The position numbers and the translations under genes were made by a program. From Hormiphora californensis (lineage: Eukaryota; Animalia; Ctenophora): a DNA stretch of 64,000 bases. The notes beneath the pieces are model-generated. The model ran no database searches, had not been told where the DNA came from, and saw only the letters and a program-made list of their open reading frames with translations. Location of the stretch: assembly GCA_020137815.1 (NCBI GenBank), contig CM035354.1, positions 6,758,001-6,822,000 on the forward strand, written 5' to 3'. The stretch's first letter is position 1; every line of letters starts with the position of its first letter. Shown here one piece after another: positions 1-16,731 of the stretch.

Positions 1-1690
1 TTAGAGTTCCAGGACTCTAACTCAGTCTGTTATGTAATCAGTCACCGATAGTTATGTGAGCCGATAGTAATGTGAGCCGGTGTTTTTTCTTTATTAATTT
101 TTGTTCTATTAGGGATAAGTTGTCAAGGTCTTACTAGTATATTAACCGTTCAGATTATCCTTCAGTGACAGCAGCAGTTTCACTGCTCTGTCCCTGTCGG
201 ATATGGGCGGAATATAAACATAGTTATTATTATTATTATTATTATAAATCTTCCTGTAAAATATCACAATAAACTAAACTGTATGCATTATATATTTGTA
301 ATTTTACTCATTTTAGGTCCAATGAAAAATCGTACAACTTTGTTAAAGATAACCTAGATTTTACTGGAACGGAATTCCATAAACTGAAACTAGTTTCCGA
401 CAAGTGTTACCATCTTGATACAGCAATGTTGAACCTCTCTATGGGGCATGCCCTTGTGTTTACCCCTGCCTTCGACAAACAATCTTTGGACCTCATAAAG
501 TAAGGAAATAGAGATGTTGTTGTTTATCAGTGCTCTGGCAAGCGTAAACATTGTATTATAAGATCTACAATAATTGAAATAAAAATGAAAACTAACTAAT
601 ATTTTCAGGGAAATAAATGGAGAGGAAAATGTAATTGAGATAAGTGAGGAAGATTGTGTAACAAATTTTGTTCCAAACGCCATTCCTGTCCAAGGTATGA
701 ACCGCTAATTAATCAAGTCTTACACGATTTGACTTGCAATACAATTTCTGAAAACTCAATATTTCAGTTGGCGATAAACACTACATTGTGGGTATGGCAT
801 TCTCCCCTTCACTCCACGCAAAGCTGACCTCTCTGGGCTACGAAATAATTATAGCACCGTATCAAGAATTCAGAAAGAGTGGAGGAAGCATTCGGTGTTC
901 TGTGCTCGATATTGGAATCTGAGAGCTCATTCTGAAAGAACTTTATTGAAGGGGAGAAGTTCCCTTTGACTTGAAACTTGAACTTGAAACGTGTTCCCTT
1001 TGTGAGCAATAAACTAAGATGTGCGTTTTATTTTAAGTTATATAAGGAGTAATAATTTAATTTAAACAAGATTCAGTAAGCTAAGATTTTAAATGTGTTT
1101 CTTTACTTTAAACGAGCAGGACTAGGCCTGAATCATGTTTAACTAATTATATCATGACTACTGCCTACTGTCAGTGGACATCTTACATGAATGATATCGG
1201 TAGTATATGGAGGCCCGGCACCGTGTTGCATATCCACAGGATTGCGATACACATGCAACACAGATTAAGGTTGTGTGCGTGTGAGGTCACCGTACATGAG
1301 ACGCAGTAATCAGTATGCACTAAAAACTGCAGACTCTCGGAACGGTGCTGAACCACCACAGGACTCAGAAGAGGGGTTACTGCTAATTGGTCTTATCGGA
1401 GATACTGCACTAAGGCCTAGGGGTATCATACCCAACAAATTTCACTTACGTATGCGTGGTCTTAACTCTCAGTGTGGCACCTAGCTGTGCTTTTGATCGC
1501 CTTGGTGTCTCCTGAGTCTCAAAACGGGCGCTACAGCCAGCGCCTGTCAAAATAAAAGACTTGGCTTACGTTACAGGCCCCTCTAACAGGGGTGGGAGTA
1601 GATAGTGGTACCTATATAAAGTTGTGAGTTGTTATCGTAGTCTTACGGAGAGTAACTTACTACCGAAAGGCGAAATTTTAAAAATCAGAT

Positions 1691-1984
1691 AGGGATCCCT
1701 AAAAAAGTTCAGTATTTACACAGCGTTTACACAGTCTTTACACAGTCGTTACACCCAGTGCGCCCGCGCCGCTCTGGGTGTAAAGACTGCGTCTTTCGCA
1801 CTCGATTTGCAGCGTTTTCAGAAACTTTTTTCGCCGCAGCGCTCAATTTACCCAATTGTGCAGCACACAATCCAATATTTTCTTAGAAAAAGCCGCAAAA
1901 CGCAGCACGCGCCGCTCTGGGTGTAACGACTGTGTAAAGACTGTGTAAACTCTGTGTAAATACTGAACTTTTTTAGGGATCCCT
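1691..1984. mobile_element. MITE-like element (~295 bp) with ~70-bp terminal inverted repeats
   Basis: Left end agggatccctaaaaaagttcagtatttacacag...acccag is the near-exact reverse complement of right end ctgggtgtaacgactgtgtaaagactgtgtaaactctgtgtaaatactgaacttttttagggatccct; flanked by AT on both sides (alternatively TA with GGG ends). Confidence 0.8.
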
Positions 1985-2933
1985 ATTAAAAAAGTGACCT
2001 GAGCTGGTATTTTTACCAATACAATGCGGTAATAAAAATAGCGCGCGCTTCATTAAAATGCGCGTAAATTCATTGCGCGTTTCGTTTCGAGAATTGCGCG
2101 ACAGATAATTTCCAGTCAACGGTCGTCGCGCGTTACGAAGAAGTCCAAAAGAAGTTGCCAGTGGTTACAGAGAAATATAATGCAGTCATTCATTGCTGTA
2201 GCCTACATATATCCTGTCCTAATTGTGTAAGGTTTCAGTCTGAGTCGCTCACACTATTGTACAACTCAAAATACGAAATGAAGAACAGAGTGAGCGAGAT
2301 ATCAGACTGCTTTTCATGATGTTACATTTCATTTGACTGCAGATAAGAACATTTCTAAACTTGCTGATAAGACTGTTACCAGCAGCGAGTTGAAATGGGG
2401 AAGTAACGCTGAGCATATTTTATACGTACTTATTTGTCTCTCCTCGACAATCTGAACAGAACATGTATGGCAGTTCTCATTATCAGTATGGTTTAGATTG
2501 GTTCGCGACTTGCTAGGTTAAAATTCACAACATGATCAGTGGAGTTTTCCTTTGAATTGTTTTTGGAGTTAAAACTGGGCTAAAAACAATAATAAAATCA
2601 TTAGTTCTTGATCAAAAAGATGTTTTTAATATAATCTTACAATTCAGCTTCTTAATTGCTATTTTACTTTTTGCAGTTCTATTAGTAGTTTAATACGCCG
2701 AGATTAATATTAATTATAGGCCTTCACTTATAATCTTGTTTCACTTTTCATGCTATGCGAAACAGAGGTAGCTATTTTCACTGAGAAAAAAAACAGAAGA
2801 CGACACTTCTAAAAAGCAATATTCCCATCAGGAAAACGTCATGGTGCACATCATGTTTACCAGTGAAATGATTAACGTCGTTTAACTCTAAAACAAGTGT
2901 CTTTGTGTAATATCTCTAAGCTGCAGGACCTCT

Positions 2934-5900
2934 CTAGAAGAGTGGCTTTCGGCCGAGGACGTGATTGCAGCTGGGACAACAGTGGACAACATCCTTACAG
3001 GCATCAATACAGAACGCACAGATACACACGAACAGTCCTAGAGGGAGAGAGAGATGGGTGTTAGTTGAATTGTTCATACACGGACACAGTGTCAATCGAC
3101 TCAAGGTGTTAGTTGGTTTGCATTTTGTATCAGAGGTAGCAAGGGAGTAATCAGTGAGTGTAACATGGTCTTGTAGTAATTACAGGAGAAGGGGGGTTTT
3201 CAGGGGGTTGTAGTTACTCTACACGGGAGGTGCCATTACAGCAGAGGGTGCCCTCTTACACAACACTGAATTAGTGTGTAGGGACAACTTACCAATGACC
3301 CAGGTTCCGGTTCCGATTTCGTACTGTACTCTAGACTGAACCGTCTGAAAAAGGATGCTTCAGTAAGAAAATACAACTAATAAACGAATTAACGGGTGGG
3401 GTCTGAGAGATCCTTTTATCATGATAATAAAGAACGGGATGTTATATGCATTATACGAAACTCTAGAATTACATGCTAAAACGTAATACTTTATAAATTT
3501 CTAGATTTATAAATTTCTAGATTTAAAAAACCAGATCATCTAAAGAAAAGAATGGTAAGCAACTAAATAGCGACCAATGCATTAATTTTTCATTATACGT
3601 AGACAGTATTTATAGAGTACAACACAACAAAATTAGAACTAAGGCCACAGTTTTAATTTATTTCTAAGTTAACTTGTTGTTTATGCACAGTCATTCCAGT
3701 TCTTGTGTGTGTGTAAAATTACAGCAAGTATTTATAGAATCGTGTCTGTGTCACAACATAATGCATTATTATTGTTTTCATGGAAATGGTCAAATTGACT
3801 TTGTTAAGTATTATTTGGACAATGTTCCTCTTCTATCAGAGTCACGCAGTTCTTTGCACAAATCGATTTAACCATTTCCAGAAAATATTCACTTGGGACA
3901 AATTTATATTTCTGTTGACATGTTTTTCTGGGCGTTACTCCCGGAGGTGAACAGTTCTAGTTGAACTCTGGAAGTCTCCAGAAAGTTCGCTGCGGTTAAT
4001 GAGGGCAGTCCATGACACACAGAACAAGAACTGAACAGTATTCACACCTTCCTCTACTGCTAAACAGAGCTCTGTATACAATGTATGTACTGTCATGTGT
4101 GTATACAATGTATACATGCGTGTATACAATGTATACAATGTATGTACTGTCATGTGTGTTTGTGTGTTTGTGTTACTGTGTGTTTTGTGTTGAAGTAATA
4201 AGAATGTTTGTTAGCAATGCTGTGTGAGGTGTGTCACTGAGTAAATTATATCATTGCGCTAAAGTAAACATCAAGGTCATTCTAGCTAACTCTGTGACGT
4301 GTACAGATATCTCATATTTCCTTGTCACTCTCACTGATCAGTGATCACTCTTATAAGTATCATTGGTAAAGATTCTCGTATCTTGTATAATAGAGCAAAA
4401 TCAACTAAAATTAGCGTAAAATTCGTTTCTCAATTCTTTCTCCCCCTTCCATGTTCCCCCGTCTTCTTGGCATCTATCCAGGTTTGACACATTAGTGAAA
4501 TGGATTCTGTTAATCACTTCTGTTAATGACTGGAAAGAAATAGGATGAAGCATCACATGTGTAAATCAGTACATGTGTTCTATGAGGTGCTTACACTTTT
4601 GTCACAGCCAACCCCTACATAAAATTTAATGTATTAACCTCTACCAGACCAAATTAGTGTATCATGATCTGTGTACAGAGAGAGAATCATATAGGGTCAT
4701 GTACAGTTGTATCATGATCATGTATGTCATATAGAGAGAGAATCATAGAGACAACATGTACATCTGTACACTGCTTGTGATGTAAGATGCTGTTCTGTGT
4801 GTGTATGGCCGGCGTTCTTATAATAGAACAGGGAGAGAGAGAACACAGAAGGGAACAATTAGAGAGAATTAGAGAGAATTAGAGAGCATTTCAGAGCTAT
4901 GTTCTTGTGTGTGTTTTTAGAGAAACAATGTTACCCAGAGACAGTAACATTGGAGGCTTCAATGTATAGTAAAAGTGAAGGCTGAAATACACACAGACTA
5001 ACAAATACAATGAATAGTGTTTATTATCATTTATGGACTGTTACAGTAAACGACTCTTAGATCTTATTACTATTCAGTATAAAACTGAAGGCTCAAAGAC
5101 ACACAGACTAACAAATTGCTTGTCTCTTTTGTCAGACTAACAAAGTAACAAATATCTATCACACAGCTAATACATAATATTTAATAGTAATATAACACTT
5201 TACAATCGTGTGTTTCGCAACTGTCAACACTCTTTACTACCTGATACCGTGTGCGGCAAAAAAAAGGCCCCCCCTAGACCACCATAGTTGCCGATGTGGT
5301 GGAGAGCTGTAACTTGGCAGGGTTGCTCCACTATGTCTATCTTGATCCTGACAGAAAAATCAGAGCTCTAGCTCAAAATTCATTTTCATGAACGGAATGA
5401 ACTTCTCCGTTCCTTCGATATGAGACCCCCTCATCATTCAGAATTTTTTGCCCGTCTTTGGCTAACGATTATCTTTGTAATGAGACCAATTTGAGCATAA
5501 TCTGATTACCAGGAGAGACACAGTGGAGGGTTTTCCGACCGTCACTCCTGACATGTGATCCAGGCCCGGTCACGTGGTGAAAAGTGGGTTTGGGGTGCTG
5601 TTAACATGTCTCAATAACGGATTATTGCTCTCATATCCCTTGAATATCCCTCCACAATGCTCTCAAGTCACTTTGTGATGCTGATTGATTGGGTTCATGT
5701 CACCAGTTCTTGTCAAAGTTCTCAAGCGGCCCGTGATACGAGATCATTTCATCAAGGAGGGGCCATCTTGTGTCACTAATCAGCCTATCATCTCACATTA
5801 CACTAGCCAAGGGATCTGGGGTATTTAAATCTTCAAATGTTCATCAAAATCATTCCCAATCGTTACTTGCAATGCATTTTACACCCGAACAGAGGAACTT

Positions 5901-8625
5901 CATCTGGCTCAAGAAGGAAACCAACACCCTCTACCCCACCATCGAACAGGAGTTCTTTATCAAGTTTGGCCGCCTTCTTGAGCCAGATGAAGTTCCTCTG
6001 TTCGGGTGTAAAATGCATTGAAAGTAACGATTGGGAATGATTTTGATGAACATTTGAAGATTTAAATACCCCAGATCCCTTGGCTAGTGTAATGTGAGAT
6101 GATAGGCTGATTAGTGACACAAGATGGCCCCTCCTTGATGAAATGATCTCGTATCACGGGCCGCTTGAGAACTTTGACAAGAACTGGTGACATGAACCCA
6201 ATCAATCAGCATCACAAAGTGACTTGAGAGCATTGTGGAGGGATATTCAAGGGATATGAGAGCAATAATCCGTTATTGAGACATGTTAACAGCACCCCAA
6301 ACCCACTTTTCACCACGTGACCGGGCCTGGATCACATGTCAGGAGTGACGGTCGGAAAACCCTCCACTGTGTCTCTCCTGGTAATCAGATTATGCTCAAA
6401 TTGGTCTCATTACAAAGATAATCGTTAGCCAAAGACGGGCAAAAAATTCTGAATGATGAGGGGGTCTCATATCGAAGGAACGGAGAAGTTCATTCCGTTC
6501 ATGAAAATGAATTTTGAGCTAGAGCTCTGATTTTTCTGTCAGGATCAAGATAGACATAGTGGAGCAACCCTGCCAAGTTACAGCTCTCCACCACATCGGC
6601 AACTATCATGGTGGTCTAGGGGGGGGCTTTTTTTTGCCGCACACGGTATAATATCTGTTGGTAGGCTTGTATGTTTGTGTGTACTATGTTTGTTGTAAGG
6701 CGTCATGTAAGGAACTTGATCTAAGCAATATATGGTCAATGTTATTTTTGTCTGGCTCGCCGGCCAAAATTTTCCATCGAGCTATAGTAAATAGGCTACA
6801 ACCCCCAAGGTTTTACTCAGCACCTCAAAAAATTGAAAAATTGTCAAAACTTCATTATTGTGAAAACGCGATGTCTCTAGCTCAATCCAGTGAGGTGCTA
6901 GACACTGAAATATCCCGTGAGGTGCCCACGTGAGGTGCTCTTGATTTACAGGTATACCGTTTGAGCAAAAATCTCAAAATTTTCGGAAAAGCTAGATTTA
7001 TTTCTAACTCATCAGATGAGGTGAAAAGCTAAGACAATTTTACTCGTTTAGTGAGGTGCAAGCCGTTTTTAGAGCCAAAAGTTTACTCTTCAGGGGTCAA
7101 ATGAGTGAATAATGATTTGAAACTTGGTATATAGCAAGATTGGACAATTTCCCCCCTGATTTACCGAAAATTTGCTCTAAAAATTACTCAGCGAGTGAGG
7201 TGCAGACCCTCAAAAAATGACATATTTTACCTACTTCTCCAGGGCACCTCACAGGTTGAGTAATGACATTGGAGTCGATTAGGTAGTGTTTGGGGATGTC
7301 ATATGAGCAAATAAAGGCCACTTTTAGAACTATATACTCACTGAGTGAGGTGCAATTAGTGTTTGAAGAAAATACCGTTTTTTGGGTGCACCTCACTCAT
7401 TGAGCAAAATTTTTGGAACTTTTTTGGTACAAATGATGGTTTTGAGTCTACTGCAAGTATCTAGCTAGGAAAAGTCGTGAAACGTGAGGTGCTACAGGCT
7501 TAAAAGTAGCTGTAAGTATACAGTGTAACTTTAAACACCGTTTGCACCTCATAGATTGAGTAAGTTTGCTTACATATTTTAATAGGTGTTCATATTGGAC
7601 ATTTTTCAGCATATTTTCGAAAATTTTAGGAAAAATTATTAAAAATTGACAGAACAGCACATGCTTTTGCAAACTATGTCACCGGCACCTCACGAAATGA
7701 GTTATTCAAATTTTAGAGTTGTAAAAGCGATTATTATACATTTTTATTAATAAATTCGGAATATTTCTTTAATTTGGCATTATTTAGTTGTCCAAAAATG
7801 ACTAAATGTAAAAGTGTCCATTTTTCGAAGTCAAAAACGAACCAGACAAAAATAACATTGACCATATTGTCTCCAGGATCAATTGCAATATAATACAAAT
7901 AATTACCCCACATTGTGAGACCTGGCTAAAAGGCAACATTCCTACAATTTCACCTTGAATTTTATCATGTGTACGTCTGTCTGTATATATGTCCGTGTGT
8001 GTGAAAGGAAAGAGGCAATTTAGCATATACCTTTCTTGGGTATTGTACGCTAATTACTCACGTCAATAGAAATGAAGGCGTGTGTGTGCGAGAGAGACGG
8101 AATTACAGGGAGAGAATTATAAAGAGGGGAGAGAAATTCAAAAGGAATGAAATTTTGGGTAGTGTACCAGGTACGAATCAATGCCACTAAAGCACAACAA
8201 GCTACTTAAACTATCTTTAAGGAGGAAATAAAACGACTAACTAGAAACTTGACAATTACCTGTTGACATGCGGGACAGACCATCTGGACGGGATATCTCG
8301 TAAAGATGGGCTGCTGTACCACCACAACGGTCTGAGAATAGTATAACTATACGGGTTGATAATTGGTAATTATACAGGATAGTATTATAGGGTTAATTAC
8401 ACAGAATTTTCTGAGAGGAGGGAGAAGCAGTAAATAACTGATAAAACTGCTGAAGGTACTCTGGTATGTGATGTATTGATAACTAACCTGTCCACCAGCA
8501 GGTGGGTATTGTTGAGGGGGAGGGTACTGGCCACCCTGGGGTGGAGGGTACTGACCGCCCTGGGGTGGAGGGTATGGTCCAGGCTGCTTCTCGCCGTAGG
8601 GAGGTGGGGGAGGATTAGCGGCCAT
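2934..8625 (-). CDS. LITAF-domain protein (LITAF/SIMPLE/CDIP1 family), 4 coding exons: 8488-8625, 8260-8331, 3293-3344, 2934-3037
   Basis: Spliced translation MAANPPPPPYGEKQPGPYPPPQGGQYPPP...|TVVVVQQPIFTRYPVQMVCPACQQ|TVQSRVQYEIGTGTWVI-G|LFVCICAFCIDACKDVVHCCPSCNHVLGRKPLF*: Pro/Tyr-rich N-terminus with PPxY, then CxxC...HxCxxC LITAF Zn knuckle; GT-AG sites in compatible phases. Confidence 0.9.
5247..6646. mobile_element. Fold-back (palindromic) non-autonomous Tc1/mariner-like element, ~670-bp arms and ~55-bp spacer, TA target duplication, in LITAF intron 2
   Basis: ta|ccgtgtgcggcaaaaaaaagg ... tttttgccgcacacgg|ta; arms are near-perfect reverse complements up to 5917/5973; mirror-image ORFs 5770-6021(+) and 5863-6120(-). 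Confidence 0.9.
6734..7863. mobile_element. Non-autonomous DNA transposon with ~25-bp TIRs and ~12 internal TGAGGTGC/GCACCTCA motifs
   Basis: atat|ggtcaatgttatttttgtctgg ... ccagacaaaaataacattgacc|atat; the 8-mer recurs in both orientations between ~6820 and ~7695. Confidence 0.8.
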
Positions 8626-8860
8626 TGTGGTGTTACTATTGAGAGGAGTGGAGGTTAGTTCTGTTACTGTTTATCTGCAAGGGCTTCCACACTACGAACG
8701 TGAGAGGGAGGATGGCTAGCTATAAAGATATATTATGTATGTACGCGGAAGCATTAATATAGCTACCGTTTAAACGAGCAACGAAGAGTTTATAAAACAG
8801 AAAAAGGGCTCAAAAGCGGGTAAAAATGAATAAAACCCACTGATACTGAAAATTACAAAT

Positions 8861-9900
8861 AACAAGAATTATTGCAATATTTATTCATAATGCGGTGTTT
8901 CCCTGCCCTCCATCATCACACTATCACAATATCAAGGCTTGGTCACAATGTAATGTGAGATGCATGCGATGTGTACTTCTCAGGCAGGTCGGTAGAATTT
9001 CGACAGAATTTAGGGCAGGTCAATTTAGGGCAGGTCTGAATTTAGGGCAGGTCTGAATTTAGGGCGGGTCTGAATTTAGGGCACGTCTGATTTTAGGGCA
9101 CGTCAATTTAGGGCAGGTCTGAATTTAGGGCAGGTCTGAATTTAGGGCAGGTCAATTTAGGGCAGGTCTGAATTTAGGGCAGGTCTGAATATATTATATA
9201 ATACTCAGAGTGACTGAGAGTTAGTCAGATGAGAGTGAGTTAGGAGGATACAAATATTTAGGAATTCTTTGGGGAGATTTAATATTATTTACTTGTTACA
9301 ATAGTTATGGAGAGATATTAGAAGATAAGAATTTGGGTCAATGTTTTAGATGAGTAGGAATAGCGAGAAGCCGCGTACAGGGGATTGTGCGAAGTGCCGA
9401 GAGGAGAAGCTTCCACGTCAGCCTAGGCTGGCGTGGACCACGTGATCTGAGAAAGAGGTGATCAGGGAGCGAGATATGAGAGGAGAGAGTTCTGTTTTTA
9501 GGGGATTAGAATATGTCGCTAACTCAAACTTAGTAACGAGCAATCTAACCCAAACACTCATTTCATCAACCACCAAGTTCGACATCGCAAGTTAGCAGCG
9601 TCAACTAAACGTAACACGCTTCGCCGAACGGATTTTCTATAAGGAAACGTGCACACTGCACGGCTTTGTAGTTTCTGTCACAGTTAGCGCCGCACACAGA
9701 TTTGAGAAATAAGCGTCCTGACATCATATTTCATCAAAACAGTTATTTGATTTGATGAAGGAGCGCACTCGAGCGTTGTCAGGCGTTGTCCGTGACGGAC
9801 GGACGGACATTTAGTTAACCCCCACGATCTGCTGATTTCTAAACCCTGAATGATCTTTTTAGCACGTGTGTGCTAAAAAGATCCACCCGGGCAGGAGAAA
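8861..9900. mobile_element. Helentron/DINE-1-like non-autonomous rolling-circle element with internal tandem repeat
   Basis: Starts aacaagaattattgca; subterminal tttccctgccc (8898) pairs with gggcaggagaaa (end 9900); hairpin gatctttttagcac/gtgctaaaaagatc; (ggac)n microsatellite ~9797; homologous copy at 56209-56770. Confidence 0.7.
9007..9190. repeat. Tandem array of 15/17-bp unit aatttagggcaggtc(tg), ~11 copies
   Basis: Directly visible repeat. Confidence 0.95.
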
Positions 9901-10779
9901 TCAAAAGTGGTAGGTAAAAGGGAATTCGAGTATTTGAGAATACAGGAAGCATGTCAACTACGGGAATCGGGTTACAGAGATTTGTCTCGTTCCGGAGTTT
10001 CTCGAAATGAGCTCACTGTATCATGCCTGTATCATGTGACACGAGATGTATACATTTACAAGGTAAATGTTGAGTACATTCTCCAAGAACATTCTCCACA
10101 GCAAAAGATAATAAACAAAAATAATATTTTGATTCCATGGAATTCTGGAAATAAGAGTTCTCACAAAACTCAATAGACTTCTGGTAACTCAATTAGCTGT
10201 TTGCTTCGTAAATAGGTACAGCTGTATTATGCGACAAGTAAAAATATTATTCAAGGAGTAGGGACCTTTCTATTACCGGATTGATGGGTGTACCAACGAC
10301 GCACAAAGTCATATTATAAGAGACCAATTAGTAAGCAGTAGCTTTGTAATAATCCTCGCATATCACCAGAATTAGCCAAAATGAAGATTCCTCAAATTGT
10401 GTTAGTGTATTACATTGTATGAACACCAGTATACAATGTATACTGGTGTCAATCCAATCAGTTTCTCCCACGGGACTATAATTGCGATCCATAAATGACC
10501 TCTAGGAGAGTCACAGGAGAGATAAAGGAGGCTCATCATAGCATGAGACATTCTTAAACAAATTTAATACGGTACACAATGCTTCAGCTCAAAGTGAGCC
10601 AACACTCAGATGACATGAAAAGTCAGCAGATTATATTGTAGCAGCAAACTCACGATGAAAGCAAAACTTTATAACACAACAATATGATATTCATGCGTCG
10701 ATCATACTGGGGTGTCTCCTGCTACAGGATCCCTGAGACAGGTGGCCTTCTTATTCTTCTCTCGGTGTCGGGTTTGGAA

Positions 10780-10935
10780 TACCCAAACGAATTATCGCGA
10801 ATTTCGTCAATGTGATTATTGCAGGATCTTGAACGTATCTAAGGTCACTGCTGTGTTAATCTCTTTCGGCAATGTGTTCCATAGCCGAGCGGCCCTTACA
10901 GCAAAATGGCTAGTCTTCTTTGGTAGCGTGTTCTA
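10780..10935 (-). mobile_element. Fragment of CR1/L2-type LINE ORF2 C-terminus
   Basis: Minus-strand translation TSHFAVRAARLWNTLPKEINTAVTLDTFKIL matches the F..R...WN.LP......FK..L motif at the end of CR1/L2 ORF2. Confidence 0.6.
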
Positions 10936-11263
10936 TAGCTTTTTTATAACGATTTTACCAACCCCTGACCCCACTAACCCCTAAATAGTTTGGGGTGCCC
11001 CCCATCGCATCGACCCATGGTCACCCATGCTGGGGCCACGGGCCACAACTGATTCAAGGGGGGACAAGGATATCCAAGAGTCAAAGTATAAAAGGAACAC
11101 GTGTACGGGTGTACCATAACTCATAAGTATTGTGTTAGCAGTTAGGACACAGAGATAACCCCAACACCGATTGGCATCACTTTCCAACAGCCGAAGAGAA
11201 GCTGCCGAAGAGAGATCCAAGAAAGAAAAACCAAGACTTGAACTTTATTATGGTTCCTTATTA

Positions 11264-11798
11264 AGGAACCATAATAAAGTTCAAGAGCGCACCCCATCCA
11301 AGAGCGTACCACCTCCAAAAGACACCACTCGAAGAGCGCACCACATCAAAGAGAGCTCCCCATCCAGAAGATACCGCGCGCAGGGGACACCACGCGCAGA
11401 AGAGACCGCACGCGCAAATACAACGCCGCGCTGGTCTCTTCTGCGCGTGGTGTCCCCTGCGCGTGGTATCTTCTGGACGGGGAGCTCTCTTTGATGTGGT
11501 GCGCTCTTGAAGTGGTGTCTTCTGGAGGTGGTGCGCTCTTGGATGTGGTCTCTTTTGGGTATGGTGCGCTCTCAGGTGTGGTCTCTCTTCGATAGGGTGC
11601 GCTCTTGGGTGCTCTTGGAGGCTCTTGAACTTTATTAAAGTCGGATTTTTTGAAGTTGTCACCCCAAAATGACCGCGCATGTGAAATTTATCAATTTTGA
11701 CGCGCACACCACACGTTAACATGTGATGTGACGCGCAAAAACTTTCCGCGCACGAAAAGGGGGGTGACAACTTCAAAAAATCCGACTTTATGGTTCCT
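11264..11798. mobile_element. Palindromic MITE with internal aagagcgcacc repeats; right TIR interrupted by a second MITE
   Basis: TIR aggaaccataataaagttcaagagc vs gctcttgaactttat[insert]tatggttcct; internal palindrome centred at ~11420. Confidence 0.75.
11638..11788. mobile_element. MITE with TIR aagtcggattttttgaagttgtcacccc and TA duplication (copy 1)
   Basis: ta|aagtcggattttttgaagttgtcacccc ... ggggtgacaacttcaaaaaatccgactt|ta; removing it restores the host TIR. Confidence 0.85.
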
Positions 11799-12801
11799 TA
11801 TTCAAAACAAAAATCAAGAAGCTGCTTGAATTTAATTCATTTAGTTCGCGCGGCGCGGCAATAATTGTGACGCGCAATCTTTTTGTTATTTTCCACGCCG
11901 TGACCGCGCGGCTTTTAAATCGAAAATTTCAATTTTTTGAGGTCATTTTCTGAACTTGCACTTTTTGAACTTTTTCTCTCGCTGCTCTTGAGAAGCGCTG
12001 CCTTATCCCGCGTTTGCCAATCGCTGCTCTCGAGTATTCCGTCTTGACTCCCATCAATGCCACCAATGAGAAAATAGGAACCTCGGAAATGACCACGCCT
12101 GCACCGCCGACCGCGTGACCTGTTTCGACCAATCACAGCTCGGAACACCTCTTATGATGGACGGGTTACTGGCGGGCGGCGGCCATCAAATCTTCAAAAT
12201 AGACTAATCATAGACTAATCATGTTAAAACACTTAGCCTCTTTGAACTCAACCGCTTTAAAAACTACAATTCCTTGCCTAGAGCATATTCCAATTTCCAA
12301 CTTACAAGGACTGGAGTTTCCATAAAAACACGTTACACGAGTACCTCCTGGTTGGTGGGGCAATGCTGATAGCCACTAGCTGGTTGAACCAAAAAAGAGC
12401 TTTCAAAACAGATCACGCTGGAGTCCAGCGGTTTGACACTGGACAGACAGATTTCCGTTAAAGTTTAGTTATTCTGAAGTGTGGATAATTAAAGTAAAAT
12501 AGTATCAGCATGAAGTTGAATTTTACGATTCGGCAGTTCAGTTTAAACAATAGCTGATGATTTGACAACAATGTCAACTAATAGTAAAATTTTACAACTC
12601 GATTCCTTTGTTCATTGACGATAACATTGTTCCAGATCCCTGCCTTTGTTGAATCCATTGTTTCATCAAATTTTCATTACATACAATACACGAACATCAC
12701 ACTAGTAGTATAGATCGTCATTTGGTTTGTGATAAAAGGGCAGTGCCTAGTGTTTGTTAACAACTACTCACCATTTAATGCCACGTGAATAGCGAAATAA
12801 G

Positions 12802-16731
<3,930 letters not shown>

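Noticed and set aside
100-245. Retroelement 3' end with (TTA)n tail
   Set aside because: Only the microsatellite is visible; no coding or family evidence in the window.
9007-9190. Repeat array resembling CRISPR or telomeric (TTTAGGG-containing) repeats
   Set aside because: No unique spacers and no cas genes; the unit is 15-17 bp and internal to a transposon-like element.
11171-11776. 107-aa and 171-aa ORFs with repetitive His/Arg/Pro content
   Set aside because: They arise from the internal repeats of the palindromic MITE.
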